Assembly (NCBI GenBank): GCA_030390025.1
Contig: CM059438.1
Coordinates: 62,870,001-62,934,000, forward strand
DNA from: Squalus acanthias
Lineage: Eukaryota
Direction of reading: 5' to 3'
Length of the DNA: 64,000 bases
Shown: piece by piece, positions 37,115 through 48,481 of the stretch
How the letters are laid out: each line of letters opens with the position of its first letter
How positions within the stretch are numbered: the stretch's first letter is position 1
The notes under the pieces: model-generated
What the model was told of the DNA's origin: nothing
The model's input: only the letters and a program-made list of their open reading frames with translations
Databases searched by the model: none
Program-made: the position numbers and the translations under genes

Positions 37115-38164
37115 GTCGCAGTTTATAATAATGCAGGTACAGCACAATAAATAACTGTACAAAATAAATTTGTTTATTACAGTAGTGTATTACCTCCCAC
37201 TCCACCCAGTTCCACAATCCTGGCTTCCTACTTCCGACCAACCCCCCGAAGTCTCTCCCACCCACATGTCTCTCAGCACCTCCCAGATGCATGTTTCTCA
37301 CCAGAGCCCATTTCCAACCCATCAAACATTGGCTGCCATTTTACTCCAATCTGTCGAAATTAACAGAAGTCCAAGATGCCAGTTAAACAGGTTGGTAAAG
37401 CACTGTTGGCCCAGCCATGCAAACATTAGGAGATATGCAAAATAAAGAGCAAAGTGAGGAGAAATGTGCAGAAAGAGGGAGAGGTACAGAGACAAAGAGG
37501 GAAAGTATGCAAGAGGCATACAGAGCATGAGCGAAAAAGAGGCTGTTTGATTTGGAGCACTGTAGTGGAGCCGAAATCTGGTCTCACCAAGGTCCACTTT
37601 TTTTAGAAAGTAGAAAGCAAAAGCTTGCAGAGGGAGAAAGAATGAATAAGCGAGGGCGAGACATGCGGAGACATAGTTACAGGAAGATGAAGAGAATTTT
37701 TTTAAATTTTTGTCTGTGAGTGACTCCACAGAAAATCAATTAGTAATGGATATAAACAAAGCCGAGTGATGCACAGGCTGACTATCTTTTTAAAATGTCC
37801 CAGTCTAATAGTGCTATCTGTAGATTTAAAAAAGTTCATTATGAAGCCAAGTCGATGATGCTCAGATATTTTAGGGTACCAACTATCACCTTTTGGTTGT
37901 ATTTATTCCTTCACTTCGCCTGCTCTGAGATGGTACAATGGCTAGCCTTCTCCCGCGGCCACTGCTGATCAGACTCTCCGCCTGGTGTGCCCCTGCCTCC
38001 CATGTGCTGGTGCCCGTCCTCTGATGCTGCCTCTCTGCGGCAGATTGTACGAGGGGGCTCGGGCCTGTATTCTCCCATTAATGTGCTGTACGTTGACTAG
38101 TGGATTGAGTGGGATTCAGCAGGGGATGATGATAGCTATTCTGCAATACATGTGGAAGCTTACA

Positions 38165-38420
38165 CTTTTTTTGTTTTTGGGATGTGGACGATGCTGACAA
38201 GACCACATTTATTGCCCATTCCTAATTGCCCTAAGATGATAGGGCTGGGCCTTCTCCTTGAACCGTTGGTGTTCCTCTCTCTCCTCCTTTAAGACACTTC
38301 TTAAAACCTACCTCTTTGATGAAGCTTTTGGTCACCTGTGCCAATATCTCCTTATGCGGCTCGGTGTTGAATTTTGTTTGATAACACTCCTGTTAAAGGC
38401 GCTATATAAATGCAAGTTAT
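38165..38420. mobile_element. Family B tail (minus) abutting an L2 tail (plus)
   Basis: GGGATGTGG...CATTTATTGCCCAT; SSFKTLLKTYLF...GCGCTATATAAATGCAAGTT. Confidence 0.75.
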
Positions 38421-39766
38421 TGGTGTCTTTGTGGGGTTTTTAATGTTGCAAAATTGACATCGCTAATATGCCTTTTAAATTAATGGTTGCAGTAATGCTG
38501 TCATTTGTATATTGATGCAAGGCAGCTTTGGGTGTTAATTGAGTGCACGTAAGGTTCATTAAACTTCCTGAGGGCTTTTTGATGCTATGCGACAAACGGC
38601 GCTCTTGGCTGCACGCCCTTAACTTGGAAAATTAGCGGCCCAGAGAGTGCAGCTCTGTGCACGTGTCCAAGCACGGGTGCACAGAGCTCCTTCTTGGCTG
38701 GATCTGCGTGGATGTGCAGCTAGCAGTATAGCTCCAGTTCTTGGGCTGCGCGTCATCCTGGGAGAAATGTCGGGGGTGGGGGAAACATTGGAACCCGGTG
38801 TTGGCGTTGAATGGTGGGCAGACTTGCAAGAGCCATCAACAGCAGGGAACTTGCTTCTCCCTCCCCTGAAGTAATGGTAGAGTGTAAACAGAGCTCTGCA
38901 GTTGTGTCTTTGATTGGAGAGTTGCCGTGTATATTTGCATTCCCTGCAGAATGGCTGTTGGTGATGATGATGATTCACTCGCAGTTTTTTTTTTAACCGC
39001 AAAACAAATGCAGAAGGGGAAGGGAAGGGGGGGGGGGGAAGCAAATCCAGCGTTGATGGCAACGCCTCCAACTTCTTGGTTCCCATGGCGACCGCCGCCG
39101 GAGTTCCATAAATGCTGTAGACGGTAATGTGAGCAGCATGGACCAAATAATTAGACTAATGCTCTCTGATTGACGACTTTCAGTGCAGATTGAGCAGCAG
39201 CTCCAAGTGGCCTCCTAACAATGTGGATCGTTTTGAAATACATCAGCTACCTGGCAAGCTGCTCTCGGAGATAGTGCCAGCACTTTCTATAGAAAGCCGG
39301 CGAAGTAGCAACCCAAATGGGCACTGATGCAAATCTAGACATTTCCTCATTGTCCAGAGATTATTTCTTTGTCGTTAAGGTTTATCGGATGTTTTCCGCT
39401 CTCTTTCCCCCCCTCGCTGGTGTAAATCCTATTGAAATATTGTTATATGGAACTGCAGATGGATTGCTAGTGCCCCAGTAGCTCCAGAGAAAAGAGACTG
39501 ACATTTACCAAGATGGTCAGGAGAAAAATAAACTGCAGCAGCGGTACTTAGTGCTTGCTGCTTCTACGCTGCATCTAGTTTGGTGAAGCTGTGAGAGATG
39601 ATTTCGACTGCTCTCTGCCCAAGGTACAAGGTGGATGAGTGTTGGATTCTATTCTTACAGCACAGGAGGAGGCCATTTGGCCCATTCCGCCTGTGCCGGC
39701 TCTTTGAAAGAGCTAGAGTGTTCTGTTTTGGTAAGTAAGACAATATAAACAAAATCAGCATTCGTG

Positions 39767-41342
39767 TGTCTTAAGTTCTATAACATGGTAGGAGCAGCTT
39801 GAAGGGATTATTACTAGTCCTAGCCCCTTTTGGGCTACCCCAGATCGGGCGTATTCCCCAGACGTTCACCTTCAACCAAAGTTTGAGTTAGCCGAATCCT
39901 AAAGACGCTTAATTGGGTCTAAAGGTCCAGACTATCTCTCCCTAAAGGAAAGGAACGACCTGAAGATGTTGCCGTCCTCCAGATAGCACTTTTAATTTTA
40001 GCTAGACTGTAACCTTCCGGATATTATGAGGGTCCGGAAAACACTCTCAGAATTCTGCAACTCCTCACCAAAGAGTGTACAGAGATTGAGTTCGCGAGTT
40101 TGATACAGAAGTACTATGTGAGACAATTCTAAAAATATATAGATTTATTAAAGAACCGACATGTATTTACAGTTGGTGATTCAATCGCAACATTAACAAT
40201 TCCGAAAACAGAAAACTTACAATTTTTTATCAGAGATCCTTATTCTCCAATCTTAACTTCGTTACATTTTTACAGTTCTTAGTTTATTCCAGGATATCCA
40301 CCAAAATCAAATACAAGTACCTTTTTAATCCCCGCGACTTAGAGTTTGAAAACTTACAGAGCTTGCCTCTGAAGCCTGAGAACCGCTTTGCCCCTTCAAG
40401 CGACTCTATCTTCCTATTTGAAAGTTCTATATTTATACTCTCTCAGTGGTATATCCTTTGAAGTTTTCTGCTGATGTAAGTTAATTATCTCTAGTCATTT
40501 TTCTGTTGACCCCTGCTATTCCTAGTTAGTTCAGCTTGTAGCTTGCAGAATTATGTCTGCTGTGTAGCTGTCTCAAGTTTATCATAAAAAATGGTTGTAA
40601 CAGATGTATCTATTTGATGTCATTCTCACCAAGGTCTTCTATTCAATTCTTAAGTCACCTTAGCTGGTTGCAACATAGACTTCGTGTCTTGTAGGTGTTC
40701 CAAGTTCAACACAAAAACATTGTGATGGCTGGTACATCTGTTGATGTCATTCTTACGAAAGTCTTCTGTTTGTATCTTTTGCATTTAGAACACCTCGGCT
40801 GGTTGCATCATTGTCTTCTTAGCTACCTCAGTTGGTTGTATTACAGACTCGTGTCTCCGTGTTTCATTTGATGTCATATTTACGAAGGCATATGTTTCTT
40901 TATCTTTCTGTGTTTCATTTCAAAGTGTTGGTTTAAGACACCTTTAACTGGGTATGGTATTGTCTTTTTTCCAAAGCTGCAGACTTCTAGGAACCTCCAA
41001 CCTTCTGTTTCAATGAGGCTATTGTTTCAGTGTCAACAACTTATCTTATCTCAAAAGCCTGTATGCTGTTTACAGCTTCTGATTGTTAAGGCTTCCAGAT
41101 TTTCAAGCCCAGTTTGTCATGTTTAATAAAGTCAAAATTCTTTCATAGGGTGGTGTATTTTTCTGAATATGGCGTATTCCTTCACAAGCTCTCGTGGTGC
41201 CATGCCTCAAAATTCTGCTTCATGGTTCAAAGCAGTTGGCCTTCTAGCTGGTGTGAATTGGAATTGGAGAATAGTTCATCCAGCTTAAGGAGCATGTGGT
41301 ATCGAAGTACAACTAGTTGATGTTCTTATCCTTGCTTGTGAC
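39767..41342 (-). mobile_element. Solo LTR of an endogenous retrovirus, foamy (spuma)-like
   Basis: CGTG on both flanks, TGTC...GAC termini; on minus: U3 repeats, TATAAATATA, GTAAGT about 50 nt after the predicted start, AATAAA, long U5. Confidence 0.7.
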
Positions 41343-41639
41343 CGTGCTTTCCCCAGAGGTGATGAGCGGAGGAGGAGGCGGGGGGGGGGGAGGAGATCTA
41401 CAACCAGTTTCCGACTTGCTTAATGCATGATTATTTTAGGTGAAAGAGCTTCACGTGAATCGTGGCGTTTTCAACTGAAACAGAAACTGATTCTATCAGG
41501 AAGCATCGTGTCAAGGTAACATTGTGTACATTTACCTTCGTATGTACAGTTCCATTATACTAATGGGATTGACCGCAAAATATTCATTGCACCTTACACT
41601 ACAGTTTCTGCTGTGCTGAGGAGAGATTGTGCAGGAAAG

Positions 41640-41770
41640 AAAGAGAGACGTGCTTTTCTATTGCCGGCTTCCACAACCTCCGGACGTCCAAAAGCGCTCT
41701 ACAGCCAATTAAGTACTTTTTTGAAGTGTAGTCACTGTTGTAATGTAGGAAATGTGGCAGCCAATTTGTG
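41640..41770 (-). mobile_element. Deu-SINE tail
   Basis: AAGCGCTCTACAGCCAAT...GTGTAGTCACTGTTGTAATGTAGG. Confidence 0.8.
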
Positions 41771-42234
41771 CCAGGCTGGCGAAGTTGAAATGAAAACTAC
41801 GCGGGCGGAGATCTTCCCTACAACACGTTTTGCATGTGGCTGTATTATAGTGTATACATGTTGTAAAATGGGGCTTCTAATGTCTTACTGAGTAAGTTTA
41901 CAACACGGTGGCAACAAACTGTGAAGATCAGAAGGTCTCGGGTTTGAGCTCCGAGCTTTGATGCACCTGCTGATCTCAGCCAAGTGGTGATAGATCACTG
42001 TAGTTGACCTGGGTATCCCTGGGTTAAGGAAGGGGTAAAACAACCAGTGTTCCCAATATGTTGTGTTTTTTTTATGTTCCAGGTTATTTCAGACAAGAAA
42101 AAAAAAAATGAATGTAGTTCTATTTTTTTTGATGCTACAGTAGTTAATAGTCAAGTGTCAGCTTGGCTCAGTTGGTAGCACTCTTCCCCTCTGAGCCGGA
42201 AGCTTGTGGGTTTAAGTGCAGTCCTGAGGCGTAC

Positions 42235-43406
42235 CTGAGGTGTTCCACAGGGGTCAGTGCTGGGTCCCCAACTCTTCACAATCTATATTAACGATTTGGA
42301 GGAAGGGACCAAGTGTAACATATCAAAATTTGCAGATGATACAAAGATGGGAGGGAAAGTAGTGAGTGAGGAGGACATAAAAAACCTGCAAGGGGACATA
42401 GACAGGCTAAGTAAGTGGGCAGAGATTTGGCAGATGGAATACAACACTGGAAAGTGTGAGGTGATGCACTTTGGCAGGAAAAATCCTAGAGCAATTTATT
42501 ATCTTAATGGCAAGAAACTGGAGAGTACTGAAGTGCAAAGGGATCTGGGGGTCCTGGTGCACGAAACTCAAAAGGTTAGTATGCAGGTGCAGCAAGTGAT
42601 TAAGAAGGCAAATGGAATGTTGGCTTTCATTGCTAGGGGGATAGAATATAAAAATAGGGAGGTATTGCTTCAGTTGTACAAGGTATTGGTGAGACCGCAC
42701 CTGGAATACTGCATACAGTTTTGGTGTCCTTACTTAAGGAAAGACATCCTTGCTCTCGAGGCAGTGCAAAAAAGGTTCACTCGGTTAATCCCGGGGATGA
42801 GGGGGTGGTCATATGAGGAGAGGTTGGGTAGATTGGGACTCTACTCATTGGAGTTCAGAAGAATGAGAGGCGATCTTATTGAAACATATAAGATTGTGAA
42901 GGGGTTGGATCGGGTGGATGCGGGGAGGATGTTCCCGATGACGGGTGAGACGAGAACTAGGGGACATAGTCTTAGAATAAGGGGCTGCTCTTTCAAAACT
43001 GAGATGAGGAGGAACTACTTCACTCAGAGGGTGGTAGGTCCATGGAATATGCTGCCACAAAAAGCTGTAGAAGCTACAACATTAATTAAATTTAAAACAG
43101 AAATAGACAGTTTCCTGGAAGTAAAGGGCATTAAGGGTTACGGGGAGCGGGCAGGAATTTGGACATGAGTCTAGGTTCGGATCGGTCATGGCCCTGTGGG
43201 TAGTGGAGCGGGCCCAGGGACTGTGTAGCCTGATTCTGCTCCTATTTCGTGTGTGCAATTCTGTTAGATGCAGGAGATGGTTCTGTGATAGATAGTAGAT
43301 TGGCGGTTAGGATCAGATCAGCCATGATCTTATTGAATGGCGGAGCAGGCTCGAGGGGCCGATTGGCCTACTCCTGCTCCTATTTCTTATGTTCTTATGT
43401 TCTTAT
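42235..43406 (+). mobile_element. Young 5'-truncated CR1 with a doubled 3' UTR
   Basis: Uninterrupted RT-to-C-terminus frame; degenerate tail 43170-43248, then canonical tail 43305-43406. Confidence 0.93.
42257..43168 (+). CDS. CR1 ORF2 C-terminal 303 aa (RT motifs to C-terminus); truncated TE frame, not a host gene
   Basis: LGPQLFTIYINDL, SKFADDTK, RDLGVLV, VRPHLEYC, RRMRGDLIETYKI. Confidence 0.8.
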   Translation: MLGPQLFTIYINDLEEGTKCNISKFADDTKMGGKVVSEEDIKNLQGDIDRLSKWAEIWQMEYNTGKCEVMHFGRKNPRAIYYLNGKKLESTEVQRDLGVLVHETQKVSMQVQQVIKKANGMLAFIARGIEYKNREVLLQLYKVLVRPHLEYCIQFWCPYLRKDILALEAVQKRFTRLIPGMRGWSYEERLGRLGLYSLEFRRMRGDLIETYKIVKGLDRVDAGRMFPMTGETRTRGHSLRIRGCSFKTEMRRNYFTQRVVGPWNMLPQKAVEATTLIKFKTEIDSFLEVKGIKGYGERAGIWT

Positions 43407-43839
43407 GTACTGCACAGTCAGATCTGGTGTCCTTTGGATGAGATATTAAACTAAGCCCTCGCCTGCCTGTTCAGGTGAACCTAAAAGATTCCACTGCATA
43501 TTTGAAGAAGAGTAGGGAGTTCTCCTGGTGTTTTGGTCAGCATTCCTCTCCACCAACACCACGAAAAACAGGTCATTCATCTCATTTGCTGTTTTGTGAG
43601 ATCTCGCTGTACACAGATGACCGCTGCATTTGCTTACACAATAGTCACCTATAATTCATCAGCTGTGAAGCACTTTCAGAGATCCTGAGCACGTGATGAG
43701 GCACGATATAAATGCAAGTTACTTCTTTCTAATAAAAAAAAAGTAAATTTCAAGGTAGCAGTAAGGGTTACATTTTGTATAAAATGTTTTGTTGAAAGCA
43801 AAACCTTGTTTCTCTTCAAAATCTTGTTTTGAAGAAGAA

Positions 43840-44222
43840 AGCCATGTGTTTATACAACACCTTATCACGCCTCTCTAATGTCACGTCATGTGTGATGAGT
43901 TACTTTGAAGTGTTGTTATGTAGGCAAGGGCAGCAGACATTGTGCACGTAGACAACCATGAGATGAAGGACCACTTTAATCTGTTTTCAATGATGGCGAT
44001 TGAGGGAGGAATGCTGGCCAGGACACTGGGAGAATTATCTGCTCTTGTTTCAAGAGTGCCATGAGATCTTTAACTTCCACCAGATCTGGCAGATGTGATC
44101 TTGGCCAAGCATCTCATCCAACGGGCGTCAACTCTGACGGTGCAGCGCTACCTCTGCACTGCACTGGAGAGTCAGAACCTGGAGTAAGGCTTGGGAGGTA
44201 AAAGTGCCACTAACCGAGTCAA
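43840..44222 (-). mobile_element. Older Deu-SINE copy
   Basis: GGCCAGGACACTGGGAGAA...GTGCCATGAGATCTTTAAC...CATCTCATCC. Confidence 0.7.
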
Positions 44223-44297
44223 ATGAAATAATGTAATTCTCATTCAGATTGAAGTTTGGAGATGCAAAATGCAGCTGTATTCACCACAAGAAGATCA

Positions 44298-45632
44298 TCA
44301 TAAAAACAGAAAATGCTGGAAATACTCAGCAGGTCAGGCAGCATTTGTGGAGAGAGAAACAGAGTTAACGTTTCAGGTCGATGACCCTTCATCAGAACTG
44401 GAAAGAGTTAGAGGTGTAACAGAGATTTTAAGCAAGTGCAGGGGCAGGGAAAGGGGGGAGGGGAGGTCTGTGATAGGATGGAAGGCTGGAGAGATTAAAA
44501 GACAAAAGGGATGATGGTGCAAGGCAAAAGGGGACAAGTTAAGAAACAAAAGATGAGTCTAGATGAGGTGTAAATGGGAATGGCAGAATTATCAACAGCT
44601 GCCATGTGGAAAAAATAGGGGCAGAGGTTATGGTCTGAAATTGTTGAACTCAATGTTGAGTCCAGAAGGCTGTAAAGTGCTGAATCGAAAGATGAGGTGC
44701 TGTTCCTCTCGCTGACGTTGAGCTTCATTGGAACAGTGTGTAAGAGGCCAAGAACGGAGAGGTCAGAGTGGGAGAGGAGCGGAGAATTAAAGTGACAGGT
44801 GACCGGGGGCTCGGGGTCCCCCTTACGGACTGAACGGAGGTGTTCTGCAAAGCAGTCACCCAATCTGCGTTTGGTCTCCCCAATGTAGAGGAGACCACAT
44901 CGTGAGCAGCGAATACAGTATACGAAATTGCAAGAAGTACAAGTAAATCGCTGTTTCACCTGGAAGGAGTGTTTGGGGCCCTGGACCGTGGGAAGGGAGG
45001 AGGTAAAAGGGCAGGGGAGGGGAAGATGTGTTTGGTGGTGGGATCACGCTGGAGATGGCGGAGGCTGGTGGGGTGAAAGATGAGGACAAGGGGAACCCTA
45101 TCGTGGTTCTGGGAGGGAGGGGAAGGGGGTGAGAGCAGAAGTGCGGGAAATAGAACGGACACGGTCGAGGGCCCTGTCAACCACGGTAGAGGGGAATCCT
45201 CGGTTGAGGAAAAAAGATGACATATCGGAAGCACTAGTATGGAAGGTGGCATCGTCCGAGCAGATGCGACGGAGGAACTGGGAGAATGGAATAGAGTCCT
45301 TACAGGAAGCGGGGTGGCAGGAGGTGTAGTCCAGGTAGCTGTGGGAGTCAGTGGGCTTGTAGTGGATGTTTGCCGATAGCCTATCCCCAGAGATGGAGAC
45401 AGAGAAGTCGAGGAAGTGAAGGGAGGAGTCGGAGATGGGCCATGTGAAGGTGAGGGCAGAGTAGAAATTGGAAGCAAAGTGAATGAAATTTTCTAGTTCG
45501 GGGCGAGAGCAGGAAATGGCACCAATAAAGTCATCAATGTACTGGAAAAAGAGGTGAGGGAGGGGGACCTGAGTAGGATTGGAACAAATGTTTCACATAT
45601 CCCACGAAAAGGCAGGCATAGCTAGGACCCAT
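44298..45632 (-). mobile_element. Penelope-like element, 5'-truncated (RT C-part, GIY-YIG, pLTR)
   Basis: MGPSYACLFVGY and YIDD RT motifs; ORF 44495-44959 VYCIRCSRCGLLYIGETKRRLGDCFAEH. Confidence 0.92.
44363..44399 (-). ncRNA. Minimal type I hammerhead ribozyme in the Penelope pLTR
   Basis: AGUU-CUGAUGA-AGGGUC-AUC-GACCU-GAAAC-GUU-AACU: intact core, stems I and II, palindromic stem III. Confidence 0.8.
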
Positions 45633-45709
45633 TGCACAGTGTTCAATTTCCCAGGTTTTTACACCATATTATCCTGCAAAAAAAAACAATAAATTGTGAT
45701 TTTAAAAAA

Positions 45710-45948
45710 ATATTATTAATTCATGGGATGTGGACGTCAGCGGTAAGGCCAGCATTTCTTGCCCTAGAGAAGGTGGTGGTGAGCCACCTTGAATACAACG
45801 GAGTGGCTTGCTAGGCCATTTCAGAGGGCAGTTAAGAGTCAACCACATTGCTGTGGGTCTGGAGTCACATTTTGGCTGTCGTGATGGGATTTGAACTCAT
45901 GTCTCTGGATCATTAGTCCAGTAACATAACCACTATGCTACCGTACCC
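45710..45948 (-). mobile_element. Bipartite family B derivative: tRNA head and 5' UTR fused to the family B tail
   Basis: 45794-45948 matches 31093-31431 with deletions; 45710-45793 matches 28305-28391. Confidence 0.85.
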
Positions 45949-46311
45949 ACAATGTATAGATTAATTTATTATTGTATGGATTAATGTACTAGGTGGTGTT
46001 GAATGTTGTATTTATTGACATTTGGATTTGTGTGTGTGGGACAGAATGCAACTATTATTGTGTTCAACTACACTAGATGTTTATGCAACAATAACGGTAT
46101 TTTAAAAACCAATTCATTGCCCGAGAAGCTGTCATTTACACACATAAATTTTGAATTATTCAATAACTTTATCATTTTAATGAAGTTGGAAGTTTAATTC
46201 CAGTTAGATGGTAGAATCCAGCCAAACCGAGACCGAGGGGACAATGTGATATAAAGTCACTGCTGCAGCTCGCACTCTCATTGTGCAGACCATTAAATCT
46301 AATCCCTGCCG

Positions 46312-46777
46312 TGCTGTCAGCCGAGGTTCAATGGTGGCACTCTCGCTTCTGCGTCAAAAGGTTGTGGGTTCAAGTCCCACACCAGAGACTTGAGCACCTA
46401 ATCCAGGTTGACACTTCAGTGCAGTACTGGGGGGAGTGCTGCATTTTGTAAGGTGACGTCTTTAGGATGAGATGTTAAACCGAGACCACATCTGCCCTCT
46501 CGGGTGGAGATAAAAGATTCCATGGGAACACCGTCACCTCCAAATTCCCCCGCAAGTCACACACCATCCTGACTTGGATATATATCGTAATTCCATCATG
46601 ATTGCTGGATCAAAATCATAGAACTCCTTACCTAACAGCATTGTGGGAGCACCTTTACCACACGGACTGCAGCAGTTCAAGAAGGTGGCTCAGCATCACC
46701 TTCTCGAGGGCAACTAGGGATGGGCAATAAATGCTGGCTGTGCCAGCGACGTCCACATCCACGGAATGATTTTTTTT
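46312..46777 (+). mobile_element. Deu-SINE 5' part followed by a family B LINE tail (46522-46777)
   Basis: B box GGTTCAAGTCC; then CATGGGAACACC...GGGCAATAAATGC. Confidence 0.85.
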
Positions 46778-47319
46778 AAATTGACTGTTTGGCATCATGA
46801 GTATCCACTACATCTGATAGTCTTATTGCTGATAGGTTATTTGAACAGTTTGGTGGCAAATTGCATCTGCAGATTAAAGATAACTGCTTCTTTGTTATCT
46901 CTCTCGGTGTCACGCACTGTTCCCTGGGCAGGAGTGTGGGTGGCTGATCTGTTGTTGAGACCTCTGCCGTTGGTACTGCAACTGGGAAATGCACAAGAGC
47001 GAGCGATGTCGAGTCTTCCAGCTCTTTCCATCCCACTCATCAACCTGACAAAGCTGGGAGCTAACTGGTCAGAATTGTCAAAATGACACACATATTTGCA
47101 TTTGAAATATGTATATGTAACTTCATAATGAGTTTAAAAAAAAAAAAAATCCCCACTAGCCAATTCATGTAAGTTTCCTTGCGCAGTGATGCTATGCTTT
47201 ATGTACATTTCATGACTTTTTTCAAACCACATTGAGACACCCTTGTGAAGGAACAAAGCTCATCGCGCAAGACACCTCAAGGTTGAGATGATGAGACAAA
47301 CGAAGTTTGTGACAGCAGT

Positions 47320-47840
47320 AAAGGTGACAAATAAAACTTTAGGGAACATAGACAGAGGGATAGAACATAAGTTTCAGGGGTAATAATGAGGTCCACATGT
47401 GCAGTGTACAATTCTGATCTCCATATTGGAGTGCGGTCATCTTTGCTATGGAGAGGTTACAGAGGAGGGCAACTAAATGGATAGCAGGAGTTAGGCACTT
47501 GCAGAACAAGGGAAGACTAAAGAAGCCGGGAATGTTTACACTGGAAAGAAGAATGCTTTGAATGGAGGTTTTCAAGATTCTGAGGAGTATGGATAAACTG
47601 AACCCTTCTAGAAACATAGAAAAATAGGAGCAGGAGTAGGTCATTCGGCCCTTCGAGCCGCTCCGCCATTCAATATGATCATGGCTGATCCTCTATCTCA
47701 ATACCATATTCCCGCTCTCTCCCCATACCCCTTGATGCCTGGTAGTATTTGATGTAAACTGCAAACCCTTTAACCAGGAAAGGGAAGGTGAAGGGATTCA
47801 AGAATATCGGAGATGGCATACAGGATATGTTTTTGAACTT
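47320..47840. mobile_element. Old CR1 (plus) interrupted by a younger CR1 tail (47610-47740, minus)
   Basis: RPH.QCTILISIL-like region; CATAGAAAAATAGGAGCAGGAGTAGG tail. Confidence 0.7.
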
Positions 47841-48481
47841 CGGGACAACACAGCTGAACCACAGCGGTCTTTTAGTGATTTATGTGGCTATGGTTGTGTA
47901 GTTTTGGTGGGGCATCAAGGTGATGAGTGCGTTGCTTCTTTTAAATCATTTCAAATTTCCGTGACGTTTCAGTTCAGTTGCTGACGTGACTGTTGAGTTG
48001 TTGGGTTGATCAAGGTGACTGATGGGAGACACTTTCCCAAAGAGCCGAGAAAACTGCCAGTTTGTGCTGACGTTTGTTGACTTTCTGATTCAGACCCTGT
48101 GCAGTGACACACTGATGCCATTCTGCTTTGGGTCGATGTGTGATTGGCAAATTAGTTGGTAGTTTCATTGCTGTACTTAACATTCCAACCCTATCTCCTG
48201 ACCACATCATTGGCCTTCCCCTCTCCGCATTTATATTTTATTAAAACATTAGTGATTGGTATAGAAATGGTGTATAACGTTTCAAGCGCTGAATTCTTCT
48301 GGTTTTCTAAGTATACTGGGTATGTGTTCTCAATTACATCGCATGCAAACCTTATTTACTGAAAGTCTATTGTTTAGACAGCCTTAGAGAAATGATACAA
48401 TCATAGAACAAATACTTGAATTTTTTTATTTTCCTTCTCCAGTTTTCGCACTGCCTCTCTCGAAGGTGCTGATTCATACGT

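Larger units (their letters stand above)
42155..43730 (+). mobile_element. Deu-SINE split by a CR1 insertion (parts 42155-42234 and 43407-43730)
   Basis: Head lies before the CR1 and core/tail after it; GTAC at both junctions. Confidence 0.8.

Noticed and set aside
40600..40960. CRISPR-like regularly spaced repeats
   Set aside because: Eukaryotic DNA, spacers homologous to each other and no cas genes; better explained as U3 tandem repeats
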